64,000 nt of DNA from an uncultured bacterium (GTDB lineage Bacteria > Actinomycetota > Actinomycetes > S36-B12). This document shows, piece by piece, positions 28,381-37,579 of the stretch; the first letter of the stretch is position 1, and each line of letters opens with the position of its first letter. A program made the position numbers and the translations under genes. The notes beneath the pieces were generated by a model. The model was not told the origin of the DNA. It did no database searches and saw only the letters and a list, made by a program, of their open reading frames with translations. Where the stretch lies: assembly GCA_963700255.1 (NCBI GenBank), contig CAVOWW010000023.1, forward strand, positions 42,963 through 106,962, written 5' to 3'.

Positions 28381-28717
28381 CGACTGCCCGGACGCGCGCG
28401 GCCTCGCCGCGTTCTACTCCGCCATCACCGGGTGGCCGGTCGACGAGGCCGCGTCCGGCGACGGCTGGGTCCAGCTCGCTGCCGAGGGCGGGACGACCCT
28501 GGCGTTCCAGCAGGTCGACGACTACCGCCCGCCGCAGTGGCCGGGTCAGGAGCATCCGCAGCAGGCTCATCCCGACTTCTGGGTCGCCGACCTCGACGCC
28601 GCCGAGGCCCTCGTCGTGGCTGCCGGGGCGACCAAGCACGCTGTGCAGCCGTCGCCCGGCGCCTGGCGGGTCTACCTCGATCCGGCCGGACACCCGTTCT
28701 GCCTCGTCACCGGCTGA
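28346..28717 (+). CDS. VOC (glyoxalase/bleomycin-resistance fold) family protein
   Basis: MTAIARLVWTAIDCPDARGLAAFYSAITGW…VYLDPAGHPFCLV is the typical VOC pattern. The protein is 123 aa. Confidence 0.8.
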   Translation: MTAIARLVWTAIDCPDARGLAAFYSAITGWPVDEAASGDGWVQLAAEGGTTLAFQQVDDYRPPQWPGQEHPQQAHPDFWVADLDAAEALVVAAGATKHAVQPSPGAWRVYLDPAGHPFCLVTG

Positions 28718-28859
28718 CACACCGACGCCGACCGGCGCGCACCTCGTGAATGACAGTGCTGTAGTTCGACTCAGGGACGTCCGGGGGCTGGCGCAAATCG
28801 TCGCCACACCCGACACTTGAGACCCAGCACCGACCTTCCCCACGAAAGACACCACCTTC

Positions 28860-29474
28860 ATGAACCGGTCAGCACTCCGCGTCGTGACCGCAGCAGCCGC
28901 CCTCGTCCTCGGCCTCACCGCGCCGGGAGCCATGGGGATCGCTGCCGCCGACGACCGCCCCGTCGACGCACGTGCCTGGGGACTGAGCAGCGAGCTCCAG
29001 CAGAACACCGCGCTGATCGCCGCGCTCCAGCCAGCCCGTGAGGACTACCGGACTGCCGCCCTCTCGGCCCGCAGCGCCCTGCGAACGATGATCGAGGGGG
29101 TGCAGGAGGACATCACGGAGGCCACGACTCCGCAGCGGGTGGCCGCGAGGCTCGCCGGGGACGCCTACCGGGCCGTCGTCGAGGGCCGGGCCAACGGGGA
29201 CGCCGCTGTCCTCAGGGCCCAGTTCGCCACGGCCTGGAACTCCTACCGGGACGCTCTGGCCGCGGCCAGGACTGCGGCCCGCCCCGCCATGGACACGGCC
29301 ACGGGGTCGGCGAAGGCGTCCCTCATGACGGCGCGCAGCCTCTACACGGCGGCCGTCAACGCCGCGTTCGCCAAGCACGCCCAGGGCACCAGCGTGCCCA
29401 GGGTGGTGCAGGATCCGAGCGCGTGGCTGGGCGTCGGCGACAGCCGATGGCTGGTCGCGGGGATGGACGGGTAG
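28860..29474 (+). CDS. Secreted Ala-rich hypothetical protein
   Basis: The signal peptide is MNRSALRVVTAAAALVLGLTAPGAMGIAAA. The mature part is helical and Ala/Arg-rich. Confidence 0.6.
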   Translation: MNRSALRVVTAAAALVLGLTAPGAMGIAAADDRPVDARAWGLSSELQQNTALIAALQPAREDYRTAALSARSALRTMIEGVQEDITEATTPQRVAARLAGDAYRAVVEGRANGDAAVLRAQFATAWNSYRDALAAARTAARPAMDTATGSAKASLMTARSLYTAAVNAAFAKHAQGTSVPRVVQDPSAWLGVGDSRWLVAGMDG

Positions 29475-29574
29475 CGCACGTCCTGACGGCTCCGCCCGGC
29501 CGGAATCCGGAACCGGGAGCACATGGACCCCGGCAGTGTGTTTGGGTTGCCCCTGACAGGGGGAGACTGAAGAC

Positions 29575-29814
29575 ATGCTCCACGACGTGCTCGCCGGATT
29601 GACCGAGTCCATTGCCTCCATCGACGAGGGCACTGGCGACTGGGCATGCCTGGGCCTCGTCGACACTCGTGATGACGTCGACGCGGTGCGCGGTGCCCTC
29701 GGCCCTCGGTACGAGCTGATGGCAGAGCCCTTCGAGGAGAACATCGCCATCGCGGGCGGCCACCCATGGATCCGCGGCGCGACGTCGTGGGAGGTCTGGG
29801 CGCGCTTCCACTGA
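29575..29814 (+). CDS. Small hypothetical protein (79 aa)
   Basis: GGGGGAG lies upstream of the ATG and the codon bias is coding-like. I recognise no motif. Confidence 0.45.
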   Translation: MLHDVLAGLTESIASIDEGTGDWACLGLVDTRDDVDAVRGALGPRYELMAEPFEENIAIAGGHPWIRGATSWEVWARFH

Positions 29815-29836
29815 GCCGGGCCCTACCGCACCGGCG

Positions 29837-29863
29837 CTGTGGATCGCCACTTTCCGTCCACAG
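29837..29863. promoter_or_regulatory. Inverted repeat CTGTGGA-N13-TCCACAG upstream of the E1-like gene
   Basis: Perfect 7-bp arms flank a 13-nt spacer, 24 nt upstream of the ATG at 29887. Confidence 0.4.
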
Positions 29864-29886
29864 GGGGACTCCCTCATCGTCCGGGC

Positions 29887-30840
29887 ATGACCCAGCCCCT
29901 GCCCGGTCCGCGTGCCCCGAGCACCCTGCCTGACCTCGCCGGCTTCCGACGGCCTCGCCTGCGCGAGGACGTCCCGATCCTGTGGCGTGGCGAGTCGACG
30001 ATCCAGCTCGGCGACGACGTCGTCGTCGACCGCGTCACCCGCAGCCACGTGGCCTGGATGACGTCCCTCGACGGACTCTCCTCCCCCGTCGATCTCGAGG
30101 AGGCCCTCACCATTCCCGATCACGAGGCACGACGCCTCGTCCGTGCCATGCTCGCCGCGGGCGCGATCGACGACGCCGCTCGCATCCCCGCGCAGCTGAG
30201 GTGGGCGTCCCAGCAGCAGCGGGATGCGGTCGCCAGCCGGTTCGCGACCGCTCTGCGCACCTGTCGAGATCTCGATGCCGCGTACGAGACCCTCGAGGCA
30301 CGCGACCGCTGCACGGTGGGGATCACCGGCCTGGGGACCGTGGCAGACGCCGTGTCCGCAGCGCTGGCGGCAGCGGGTCTGACTGTGGGTGCCGACGAGC
30401 ACGCGACGGTCGCCGTTCTCGCGGACGCGTCACACCCGGACGTGCCCAGCTTCTTCGACCACGTGCTGCAGGACCGGCCTCATCTGCACGTCGGCGTCCT
30501 GGGCGATCGGGCCGTCGTCGGGCCGCTCGTGGTGCCCGGACTCACCTCGTGCCTGCGGTGCGCCCACCTGCATCGACGGGATGCCGACGCCGCGTGGCCG
30601 CTGCTCTCGGTGCAATGGGCGCATGCAGTCAGATCGATGCCGTGCCCGCCGCTCGATCCGCTGCTGGTGCAGCTGGCCGCCACGCACGCCGCCGTGCTGC
30701 TGCGTCGGTGGACCGACGCACCCAGCTGCCCGGACGACTGGTCCGGCTTCGCCCTCGAGCTGCGCCTGCCCGAAGGGATTCCGCGGCGGCTGGACCGCCC
30801 CGCGCACCCCCTGTGCGGATGCCAGTGGCCGGACGCCTGA
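29887..30840 (+). CDS. ThiF/E1-like (cyclodehydratase-docking-like) protein, Rv3196-like position
   Basis: A Rossmann-like …CTVGITGLGTVADAVSAALAAAGLTV… is followed by Cys pairs (…SCLRCAH… and …HPLCGCQW). The protein is 317 aa from this start. The upstream GTG at 29839 is less likely. Confidence 0.55.
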   Translation: MTQPLPGPRAPSTLPDLAGFRRPRLREDVPILWRGESTIQLGDDVVVDRVTRSHVAWMTSLDGLSSPVDLEEALTIPDHEARRLVRAMLAAGAIDDAARIPAQLRWASQQQRDAVASRFATALRTCRDLDAAYETLEARDRCTVGITGLGTVADAVSAALAAAGLTVGADEHATVAVLADASHPDVPSFFDHVLQDRPHLHVGVLGDRAVVGPLVVPGLTSCLRCAHLHRRDADAAWPLLSVQWAHAVRSMPCPPLDPLLVQLAATHAAVLLRRWTDAPSCPDDWSGFALELRLPEGIPRRLDRPAHPLCGCQWPDA

Positions 30841-30882
30841 CGTGACCAAGCGCCGCAGCTCCGCGCAGGCGACAATGGACGG

Positions 30883-32196
30883 GTGCCCGAGATCCCGAAG
30901 AACGCCCTGACGCGCAGCGTGAAGATCGCCGCGCTCCCGGCGGCCCACGCGGGCCGCACCGCGTGGGGGCTGGGCAGGCGCATCGGCGGCAAGCCGGCGG
31001 AGATCGTGCAGGCCGAGCTGCAGGCCCGCACCGCCGAGCAGATGTTCAAGGTCCTGGGCGAGCTCAAGGGCGGTGCCATGAAGATGGGCCAGGCCATGAG
31101 CGTCTTCGAGGCCGCGATGCCCGAGGAGGTGGCCGGGCCGTACCGGGCAGCGCTCACGAAGCTGCAGGAGGCTGCTCCCCCGCTTCCGGCGGAGACGATC
31201 CATGCGATCCTGCGCGACGAGCTCGGCGACGACTGGCGTACTCGCTTCACGGAGTTCGACGACACTCCGGCCGCGGCGGCGTCGATCGGCCAGGTCCACA
31301 AGGCCATCTGGCACGACGGCCGCGTCGTCGCCGTGAAGGTGCAGTACCCGGGTGCCGACAAGGCGCTCATCAGCGACCTCAACCAGATGACCCGGATGGG
31401 CAGGCTGTTCGGCTCCTGGGTTCCGGGCATGGACATCAAGCCGCTGCTGGAGGAGCTCAGGGACCGGGCGATCGAGGAGCTGGACTACCTGCGCGAGTCG
31501 CGCAGCCAGCGGGCCTTCGCTGCCGCGTTCGAGGGCGACCCCGAGTTCGTCGTGCCCCACGTGCTGGCGGCGTCACCGCACATCGTGGTCTCCGAGTGGA
31601 TCGACGGCCGTCCGCTGTCGGCCATCATCGCCGACGGGACCCCGGAGGAGCGCGACCGCGCCGGCGAGCTGTACCTGCGATTCCTCCTGGCCGGCCCCGC
31701 ACGCGCGGGGCTCCTGCACTCCGATCCGCACCCCGGCAACTTCCGCATGACCCCGGAGGGGAGGTTCTGCGTCCTCGACTTCGGCGCCGTGGCCGAGCTG
31801 CCCGACGGCCTGCCGACGCCCATGGGGACCCTCCTGCGGATCGCCCTCTCGGGTGACGCGGAGACGGTGGCTGCCGGACTGCGTGAGGAGGGCTTCGTCC
31901 GCCCCAACGTCGAGGTCGATCCCGTCCAGGTGCTCAACTACCTGGAGCCGTTCGTCGAGCCGGCCCGCCACGACGAGTTCCACTTCAACCGCGCGTGGAT
32001 ACGCGGCCAGTTCACCCGCATGAACGACATCAAGAACCCGGACTTCAACATCGCGTTCAAGCTCAACCTCCCGCCGTCCTACGCGCTCATCCATCGCGTG
32101 TGGCTCGGCGGCATCGGCGTGCTCTGCCAACTCGATGCGACCGTCCCCATGCGCGGGGAGCTCGAGCGCTGGGTGCCGTCCTTCGTCGAAGGCTGA
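30883..32196 (+). CDS. ABC1/UbiB-family atypical kinase (Rv3197-like)
   Basis: …AAASIGQVHKAIWHDGRVVAVKVQYPG… and …LLHSDPHPGNF… are hallmarks of the ABC1 kinase family. Confidence 0.88.
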   Translation: MPEIPKNALTRSVKIAALPAAHAGRTAWGLGRRIGGKPAEIVQAELQARTAEQMFKVLGELKGGAMKMGQAMSVFEAAMPEEVAGPYRAALTKLQEAAPPLPAETIHAILRDELGDDWRTRFTEFDDTPAAAASIGQVHKAIWHDGRVVAVKVQYPGADKALISDLNQMTRMGRLFGSWVPGMDIKPLLEELRDRAIEELDYLRESRSQRAFAAAFEGDPEFVVPHVLAASPHIVVSEWIDGRPLSAIIADGTPEERDRAGELYLRFLLAGPARAGLLHSDPHPGNFRMTPEGRFCVLDFGAVAELPDGLPTPMGTLLRIALSGDAETVAAGLREEGFVRPNVEVDPVQVLNYLEPFVEPARHDEFHFNRAWIRGQFTRMNDIKNPDFNIAFKLNLPPSYALIHRVWLGGIGVLCQLDATVPMRGELERWVPSFVEG

Positions 32197-33828
32197 CTAG
32201 TCGCGATCGCGATCCAGGTACGCACGCGACACCTCGCGCGCCACGGCATGACCGTCCGGGCTTCCCGTGACGGCCGCCAGGAAGTCGTCGGCGAGCACCG
32301 TGAGCAGCCGGCCCTCCGTATCCGCTGTGACGGTGGCGGTCCGAGGCACCGCGTGAAGCAGGGCGATCTCGCCGAAGCCCGTCCCCGGTCCGAGCTCCCC
32401 GGGTCGCCGCACCCCGTCGATCGAGACGACGAACTGCCCCTCGGCGATGACGTAGAAGCGGTCGCCGACATCGCCCTGGGTGACGACCACCTGCCCGGCA
32501 GGAACGTCGAGCCACTCCGCGCGTCGCGACAGCTGCTCCAGCTCGTACGTCGGGAGCGCGTCGAGGAACGGGATGGAACGCAGGAGCGCGCTCTCGTGCG
32601 GACGCAGCACCGCGCGGATGTCGAGCCGGCGCAGCAGTGGGAGGCAGGCGAGAGTGAGCAGCACAGCAGCGATCCCGAACGGCACGAAGGCCTCCGCGGG
32701 CCCGAGCCGGTCGACCAGGATGGGAGCGACGATCGCGCCGAGTGCCAGTCCGAGCAGGGACGTCCCCTCCTGCACGGCGAAGACCCGGGCCAGCACGGCC
32801 TCGTCCGACGTGCGCTGGAGCAGGGTCCGGCCCGCCACCATCATGATCGCGGCCGCCATGCCCGACACTGCCAGTGCCACGATGGCCGGCGCCAGCAGCA
32901 CGATGAGGGCCACGGCCGCGAACGCCACGCCCTGGGCCACGCCGCTCGTGACGAGCACCGGCGTCAGCCGGTTGCGCACCGCGAGGGACCCGGCGATGGC
33001 CCCGCCGACGATGCCGCCGATGCCGATCGCCCCGATGATCAGGCCTGCTGCCGACTCGCCGAGCCCGAGCACCTCGTCGGAGTACGCGACGCCGAGGACG
33101 TCGGTCGCCCCGCCCAGCACGAATCGCGTGGTGAGGACAAGGAGCAGCGCGAGCGAACCCCAGTCCCGCCACAGCGACCCCAGCCCACCGAAGGCCGCCC
33201 GCCAGCTCGGCGCGTCGGTGTCGTCGAACGGCGCGGCCGGCCCGAGGTGCAGACCGACGCACAGCAGGGTCGCGATGACGGCCAGCGCGCTCGACACGGA
33301 CAGCACCAGTGCCGGGCCGACCAGGGCGGCCCCGATCCCTGCAGCCACCGGTCCGATGAACAGCGAGAAGCCGTCCGCCATGGACGACAGCGAGTTCGCC
33401 GAGACCAGGTCCTTGGGGGTCGTCGACATCATCGGGATGGACGCGAAGTGGAAGGGTCGCACGACCGCCACGGCGATCGTCGCGAGCGCGGAGCATGCGA
33501 CAACCACCGGCACCGGTGCCGACACCAGAATCGCGAGGGTCGTGGCGAACGTCGTAACGGCGACGCCTCCGTGCGACAGCACGAGGGCGGTACCGCGCGG
33601 AAGGCGGTCGCCTAGACCCACCAGTGAGGGGCCGAGGAAGGCTGCGGGAATCAGCTGCACGACCGCCACGATGCCGACGAGGCTGACGCCGCCCACGTCG
33701 TACGCGTAGAAGATGATCGCGATCCAGATCGCCATGTCGACGAGGTCGTAGATGCCGTAGGCGACGACCATCCGCCGCAGGCCCCCGCGCGAGCCCAGGA
33801 GGCTCAGCGTTGCCGGCACCTGCACCAT
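32197..33828 (-). CDS. MFS transporter fused to a C-terminal cyclic-nucleotide-binding domain
   Basis: About 12 TM helices are followed by …FLDALPTYELEQLSRRAEWLDVPAGQVVVTQGDVGDRFYVIAEG…GPGTGFGEIALLHAVPRTATV…, which is the cNMP-binding FGE…R(T/S)A motif. Confidence 0.85.
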   Translation of the reverse strand: MVQVPATLSLLGSRGGLRRMVVAYGIYDLVDMAIWIAIIFYAYDVGGVSLVGIVAVVQLIPAAFLGPSLVGLGDRLPRGTALVLSHGGVAVTTFATTLAILVSAPVPVVVACSALATIAVAVVRPFHFASIPMMSTTPKDLVSANSLSSMADGFSLFIGPVAAGIGAALVGPALVLSVSSALAVIATLLCVGLHLGPAAPFDDTDAPSWRAAFGGLGSLWRDWGSLALLLVLTTRFVLGGATDVLGVAYSDEVLGLGESAAGLIIGAIGIGGIVGGAIAGSLAVRNRLTPVLVTSGVAQGVAFAAVALIVLLAPAIVALAVSGMAAAIMMVAGRTLLQRTSDEAVLARVFAVQEGTSLLGLALGAIVAPILVDRLGPAEAFVPFGIAAVLLTLACLPLLRRLDIRAVLRPHESALLRSIPFLDALPTYELEQLSRRAEWLDVPAGQVVVTQGDVGDRFYVIAEGQFVVSIDGVRRPGELGPGTGFGEIALLHAVPRTATVTADTEGRLLTVLADDFLAAVTGSPDGHAVAREVSRAYLDRDRD

Positions 33829-33937
33829 CGACTGACCAGCTCCCCATTGCCTCGAATCCGGATCCTCACCCTAAGGGCGGGTGGCGGCCTCGCGCTGCTC
33901 TCCGCGACGACCCGGGTGCGCTCACGGGGCCGCCATC

Positions 33938-36031
33938 TCAGGAGTGCGCACGGACGAGGCCGAGCACGTCCTCGCCGTACGACTGCAGCTTCATCGGGCC
34001 GATGCCCGGGATCTCGGCAAGGGAGTCGGTGTCAGCCGGCGACTGCTCGGCGATGGCGATCAGCGTCACGTCGGTGAACACCACGTACGCCGGGACAGCC
34101 TTCTCCCGCGAGGTCTGCAGGCGCCACTCCCGCAATGCGTCGAGCAATTCCGCGTTGAGGTCTGCGGGGCAGGACTGGCAGCGACCGAGGGTGCGCTCCT
34201 GGGCTGTCACGAGGCCCTTTCGGCACACCCGGCAGCGTGCGGGGCCCTTGCGCGGACGCTCGCCGCGCGCCTTGCCTGAGCCGCGCTTGACCACCCCGCC
34301 GGTCAAGGCGTCGCCGACGTGCGCCGAGCCGGCGAGCGCCTCGGCCAGGAACGGGCTGACCGAACGCACCTGCCGGCCGCCCGGCTGGCGGGCGCGCGCC
34401 CACGACAGGTGCAGGCGATCGGCGGCGCGGGTGATCGCGACGTACGCGAGGCGCCGCTCCTCCTCGACCTGCGCCGGGGTGTCGGCGTACTGCAGCGGCA
34501 GCAGGCCGTCGCTGCAGCCGACGACGAACAGGACGCGCCACTCCAGGCCCTTGGCGGCGTGGATGGAGGCGAGCGTGACGCCGTCGGCGACCGGGGCGTG
34601 CTGCAGCTCGGCCCGCGAGTCCAGCTCGACCACGAAAGCGGACAGCGAGTCGCCGAGCGACTCGCTCACCTCGTCCGCGAGGGTCGCGAGGGCAGCCAGG
34701 GACTCCCAGCGCTCGCGCACGGCACCCGCGGTGCGGGGCGGCGTGGGCGTCCAGCCCGCGGTGCTGAGCACCGCCCGCACCTCGTCGCCGAGCGGCAGGC
34801 CGCCGGGCTCCCCGCGCGCGGCCCCGCGCAGGCGCGTCACGGCCTCGCGCACCTCGGGTCGGTCGAAGAACCGCTCGGTGCCGCGCAGCACGACGGGCAC
34901 GCCCGCCTCCGCGAACGCCTCCTCGAGCTGGGCCGACTGCGCGTTGATGCGGAACAGCACCGCGATGTCCCGCGCGGGCACGCCGTCGGCCAGGTGCTGC
35001 CGCGCGCGGCGGGCGACCTGCGCAGCCTCCTCGACGTCGTCGTCGAACACCTCGATCGTCGGCTCGGCCCCCGCGGGGCGCTGCGACCGCAGGACGAGCG
35101 AGGTGGCCGGGTCGGGCTTGGCGGCCCGGCCGATCACGGCGTTGGCGAGCGTGACGATCTGCGGCGTGCAGCGGTAGCACCGCACGAGGCGCACCTCGGT
35201 GGCGTCGGGGTAGGTCGTGCGGAACGAGGTGAGGTAGGCCGGCGTGGCCCCGGTGAACGTGTAGATGGTCTGGTTGGCGTCGCCGACCACGCAGACGTCG
35301 TCCCGCTCCCCCAGCCACAGGCCCAGCAGCCGGTGCTGCAGCGGGTTGACGTCCTGGTACTCGTCGACGGTGAACCAGCGGTACGCGGCCCGCACGGCAT
35401 CGGCGATGTCGGGACGGTCGGCGAGAGCGCCAGCGGTGACGAGGAGGACGTCCTCGAAGTCCAGCAGGCCGCGCGCCGCCTTGGCGTCCTCGTAGGCCAC
35501 CTGCAGCTGGGCGAACGCAGCCGGATCGACCGCGAGGGTGCGATTGACCGCTGCCGCCTTCGCGCCGACCGCGGCTCCGGTCAGGAAGTTGACCTTGGCC
35601 CACTCAAGGTCGGATGCGAGGTCGCGAACCGTGGCGGTGTCGGTGGGCAGCCTGCAGCGGCTGGCGGACTCGGCGACCAGTCGTGCCTTGCTCGGGAGCA
35701 GCTCGGGGAAGTCGCCACCGCTGAGCCGCGGCCAGAAGAAGCGCAGCTGGCGCAGGGCGGCCGCGTGGAAGGTGCGCACCTGCACGCCGTCGACGCCGAG
35801 GGTCCGCAGGCGCGACCTCATCTCCCCGGCGGCCCGCGTGGTGAAGGTGACGGCCAGCGTGCGTCGCGGATCGTGCTGACCGGTGGCGGCACCGTGCGCG
35901 ATGCGGTGGGTGATGGCCCGGGTCTTGCCCGTGCCGGCCCCGGCGAGCACGACGACCGGCCCGTGCAGGGCCTCGGCGACCGCACGCTGCTCGTCGTCGA
36001 GACCGGCGAGGACGTCAGGGCCTGGGGTCAC
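33938..36031 (-). CDS. uvrD2: ATP-dependent DNA helicase UvrD2 (SF1 helicase, tetra-Cys motif, HRDC domain)
   Basis: The protein has Walker A AGAGTGKT and DEYQD. It also carries CRVCRKGL…CQSCP and a C-terminal HRDC-like segment (…ALREWRLQTSREKAVPAYVVFTDVTLIAIAE…IPGIGPMK…). The start is 36031 (GTG) or 36082. Confidence 0.9.
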   Translation of the reverse strand: MTPGPDVLAGLDDEQRAVAEALHGPVVVLAGAGTGKTRAITHRIAHGAATGQHDPRRTLAVTFTTRAAGEMRSRLRTLGVDGVQVRTFHAAALRQLRFFWPRLSGGDFPELLPSKARLVAESASRCRLPTDTATVRDLASDLEWAKVNFLTGAAVGAKAAAVNRTLAVDPAAFAQLQVAYEDAKAARGLLDFEDVLLVTAGALADRPDIADAVRAAYRWFTVDEYQDVNPLQHRLLGLWLGERDDVCVVGDANQTIYTFTGATPAYLTSFRTTYPDATEVRLVRCYRCTPQIVTLANAVIGRAAKPDPATSLVLRSQRPAGAEPTIEVFDDDVEEAAQVARRARQHLADGVPARDIAVLFRINAQSAQLEEAFAEAGVPVVLRGTERFFDRPEVREAVTRLRGAARGEPGGLPLGDEVRAVLSTAGWTPTPPRTAGAVRERWESLAALATLADEVSESLGDSLSAFVVELDSRAELQHAPVADGVTLASIHAAKGLEWRVLFVVGCSDGLLPLQYADTPAQVEEERRLAYVAITRAADRLHLSWARARQPGGRQVRSVSPFLAEALAGSAHVGDALTGGVVKRGSGKARGERPRKGPARCRVCRKGLVTAQERTLGRCQSCPADLNAELLDALREWRLQTSREKAVPAYVVFTDVTLIAIAEQSPADTDSLAEIPGIGPMKLQSYGEDVLGLVRAHS

Positions 36032-36121
36032 GGCCCGATGCTCGCATGCCGCCCTGACGAGGACGAGCCAAGGTGCCCCGACATGCTCCCATCGTGGAAG
36101 GTGCGGAGGTACCCTGCTGCC

Positions 36122-36739
36122 ATGAGAACCCGGGGGATTGCCGCCAGCCTGTTCGCCCTCGCCTTCGCCGTGGCCGTGCCGCTCGCCCTGGCCGCGCCCG
36201 CCCAGGCCGCATCCGATCCGACCATCGTTCACTGGACCACGACACAGACCGGACCGACCACGTCCACCTGCACGCCGAGTCCGTCTTCAGGCCGAGCGAA
36301 CCCCGGCAGCCTGCTCACCCTCTACAACGACTGCCAGCCCGGACCGCTGCCCTTCACGGTCAGGTTCTTCATCAAGGCCGTCGGCGGCGGCGCGACTGAG
36401 CTGGGCAGGGCCGCCACTGGCGCCCACATCACGTTTCAGGTGCCAGCCACCGTTGGTACGTACGAGGTCTTCATCATCCCCACCCTGTCGACCTACACGC
36501 TCACCGTCACGAACGACGTCATCCCCGAGCCGAAGGCTCATGACGAGTTCCAGCAGGTCGGGGTGCCGGCCTCCGGTGACTGCGCCGACGTCGCACCCGA
36601 GACGGGCCACTACCCCGGCTACCCGATCGGCGGCTGGAGCAGGTCGTGGGCCCAGTGGATCAACAACGGCACCGGCGGCCCGGTCTGCACCCGCGAGGTC
36701 GAGCAGCGCCCCGACGGCACGATCGTCCTCGTCGGCTAG
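36122..36739 (+). CDS. Secreted hypothetical protein
   Basis: The signal peptide is MRTRGIAASLFALAFAVAVPLALAAPAQA. The mature part is Thr-rich and beta-rich, with several Cys. Confidence 0.65.
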   Translation: MRTRGIAASLFALAFAVAVPLALAAPAQAASDPTIVHWTTTQTGPTTSTCTPSPSSGRANPGSLLTLYNDCQPGPLPFTVRFFIKAVGGGATELGRAATGAHITFQVPATVGTYEVFIIPTLSTYTLTVTNDVIPEPKAHDEFQQVGVPASGDCADVAPETGHYPGYPIGGWSRSWAQWINNGTGGPVCTREVEQRPDGTIVLVG

Positions 36740-36748
36740 CGTGGGGCA

Positions 36749-36997
36749 GTGACCTCAGCCACCGAACTCACCATGTACAGCACCGTGTGGTGCGGCTACT
36801 GCCAGCGCCTCAAGGCCCAGATGACCCGCGAGGGGATCTCGTTCGTCGAGGTCGACATCGAGGCCGACCCGCAGGCGGCAGCCATGGTCGAGGACGTCAA
36901 CCACGGCAACCAGACCGTGCCGACGCTCCAGTTCCCGGACGGGTCGTTCGCGACGAACCCCTCCATCGGGCAGGTCAAGGAGCGCCTCGGCCTCTGA
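36749..36997 (+). CDS. Mycoredoxin (glutaredoxin-like, CGYC active site)
   Basis: …MYSTVWCGYCQRLKAQM…NQTVPTLQFPDGS…. The protein is 82 aa and occupies the Rv3198A-like position next to uvrD2. Confidence 0.88.
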   Translation: MTSATELTMYSTVWCGYCQRLKAQMTREGISFVEVDIEADPQAAAMVEDVNHGNQTVPTLQFPDGSFATNPSIGQVKERLGL

Positions 36998-37081
36998 CGG
37001 CTGTCCAACGCGTCAACCCGGGTCTCGGACCGCTACGGTGCCGACGTGGGAAGCACCCCACCCTGACATCGAGGAGCACTC

Positions 37082-37579
37082 GTGCGCCGTGCCTCAGCCA
37101 TCGCCGTCGCCATCACCACCGCCGGAGTGATGCTGCTCACGGGATGCTCGACCTCCATCGACGTCGACACCCTGGAGTCGAGCGTCCAGACAGGGCTCGC
37201 GGAGCAGCTCGGCGGCGAGTGGACCGTCCAGTGCCCCGACAGCATGGAGGTCCAGGCCGGCCTGACGACCAACTGCATGGCGACCAGCGCCGACGGTGAG
37301 ACGGTCGAGGTGAACGTCACCCAGACCGACGACCAGGGCAACGTCACCTGGGAGGTGCCGCAGACCGGGCTCGACATCGACAAGCTGGAGTCCGGCGTCG
37401 CGGCCGAGATAGCGGCCCAGGTCGGCGGCGAGTGGACGGTCACCTGCCCCGACGACATCCCGATGGAGAAGGACCTCACCGCGAACTGCGAGGCCACGAG
37501 TGCCGACGGTCAGTCGACCATGATCAACGTCACCCAGACGGACGACCAGGGCAACGTCACCTGGGAGACGACCGAGTAG
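37082..37579 (+). CDS. Lipoprotein with two tandem DUF4333-like repeats
   Basis: The lipobox is LLTGCS. The module (…GGEWTVxCPD…NC.ATSADG…NVTQTDDQGNVTWE) is repeated. Confidence 0.75.
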   Translation: MRRASAIAVAITTAGVMLLTGCSTSIDVDTLESSVQTGLAEQLGGEWTVQCPDSMEVQAGLTTNCMATSADGETVEVNVTQTDDQGNVTWEVPQTGLDIDKLESGVAAEIAAQVGGEWTVTCPDDIPMEKDLTANCEATSADGQSTMINVTQTDDQGNVTWETTE

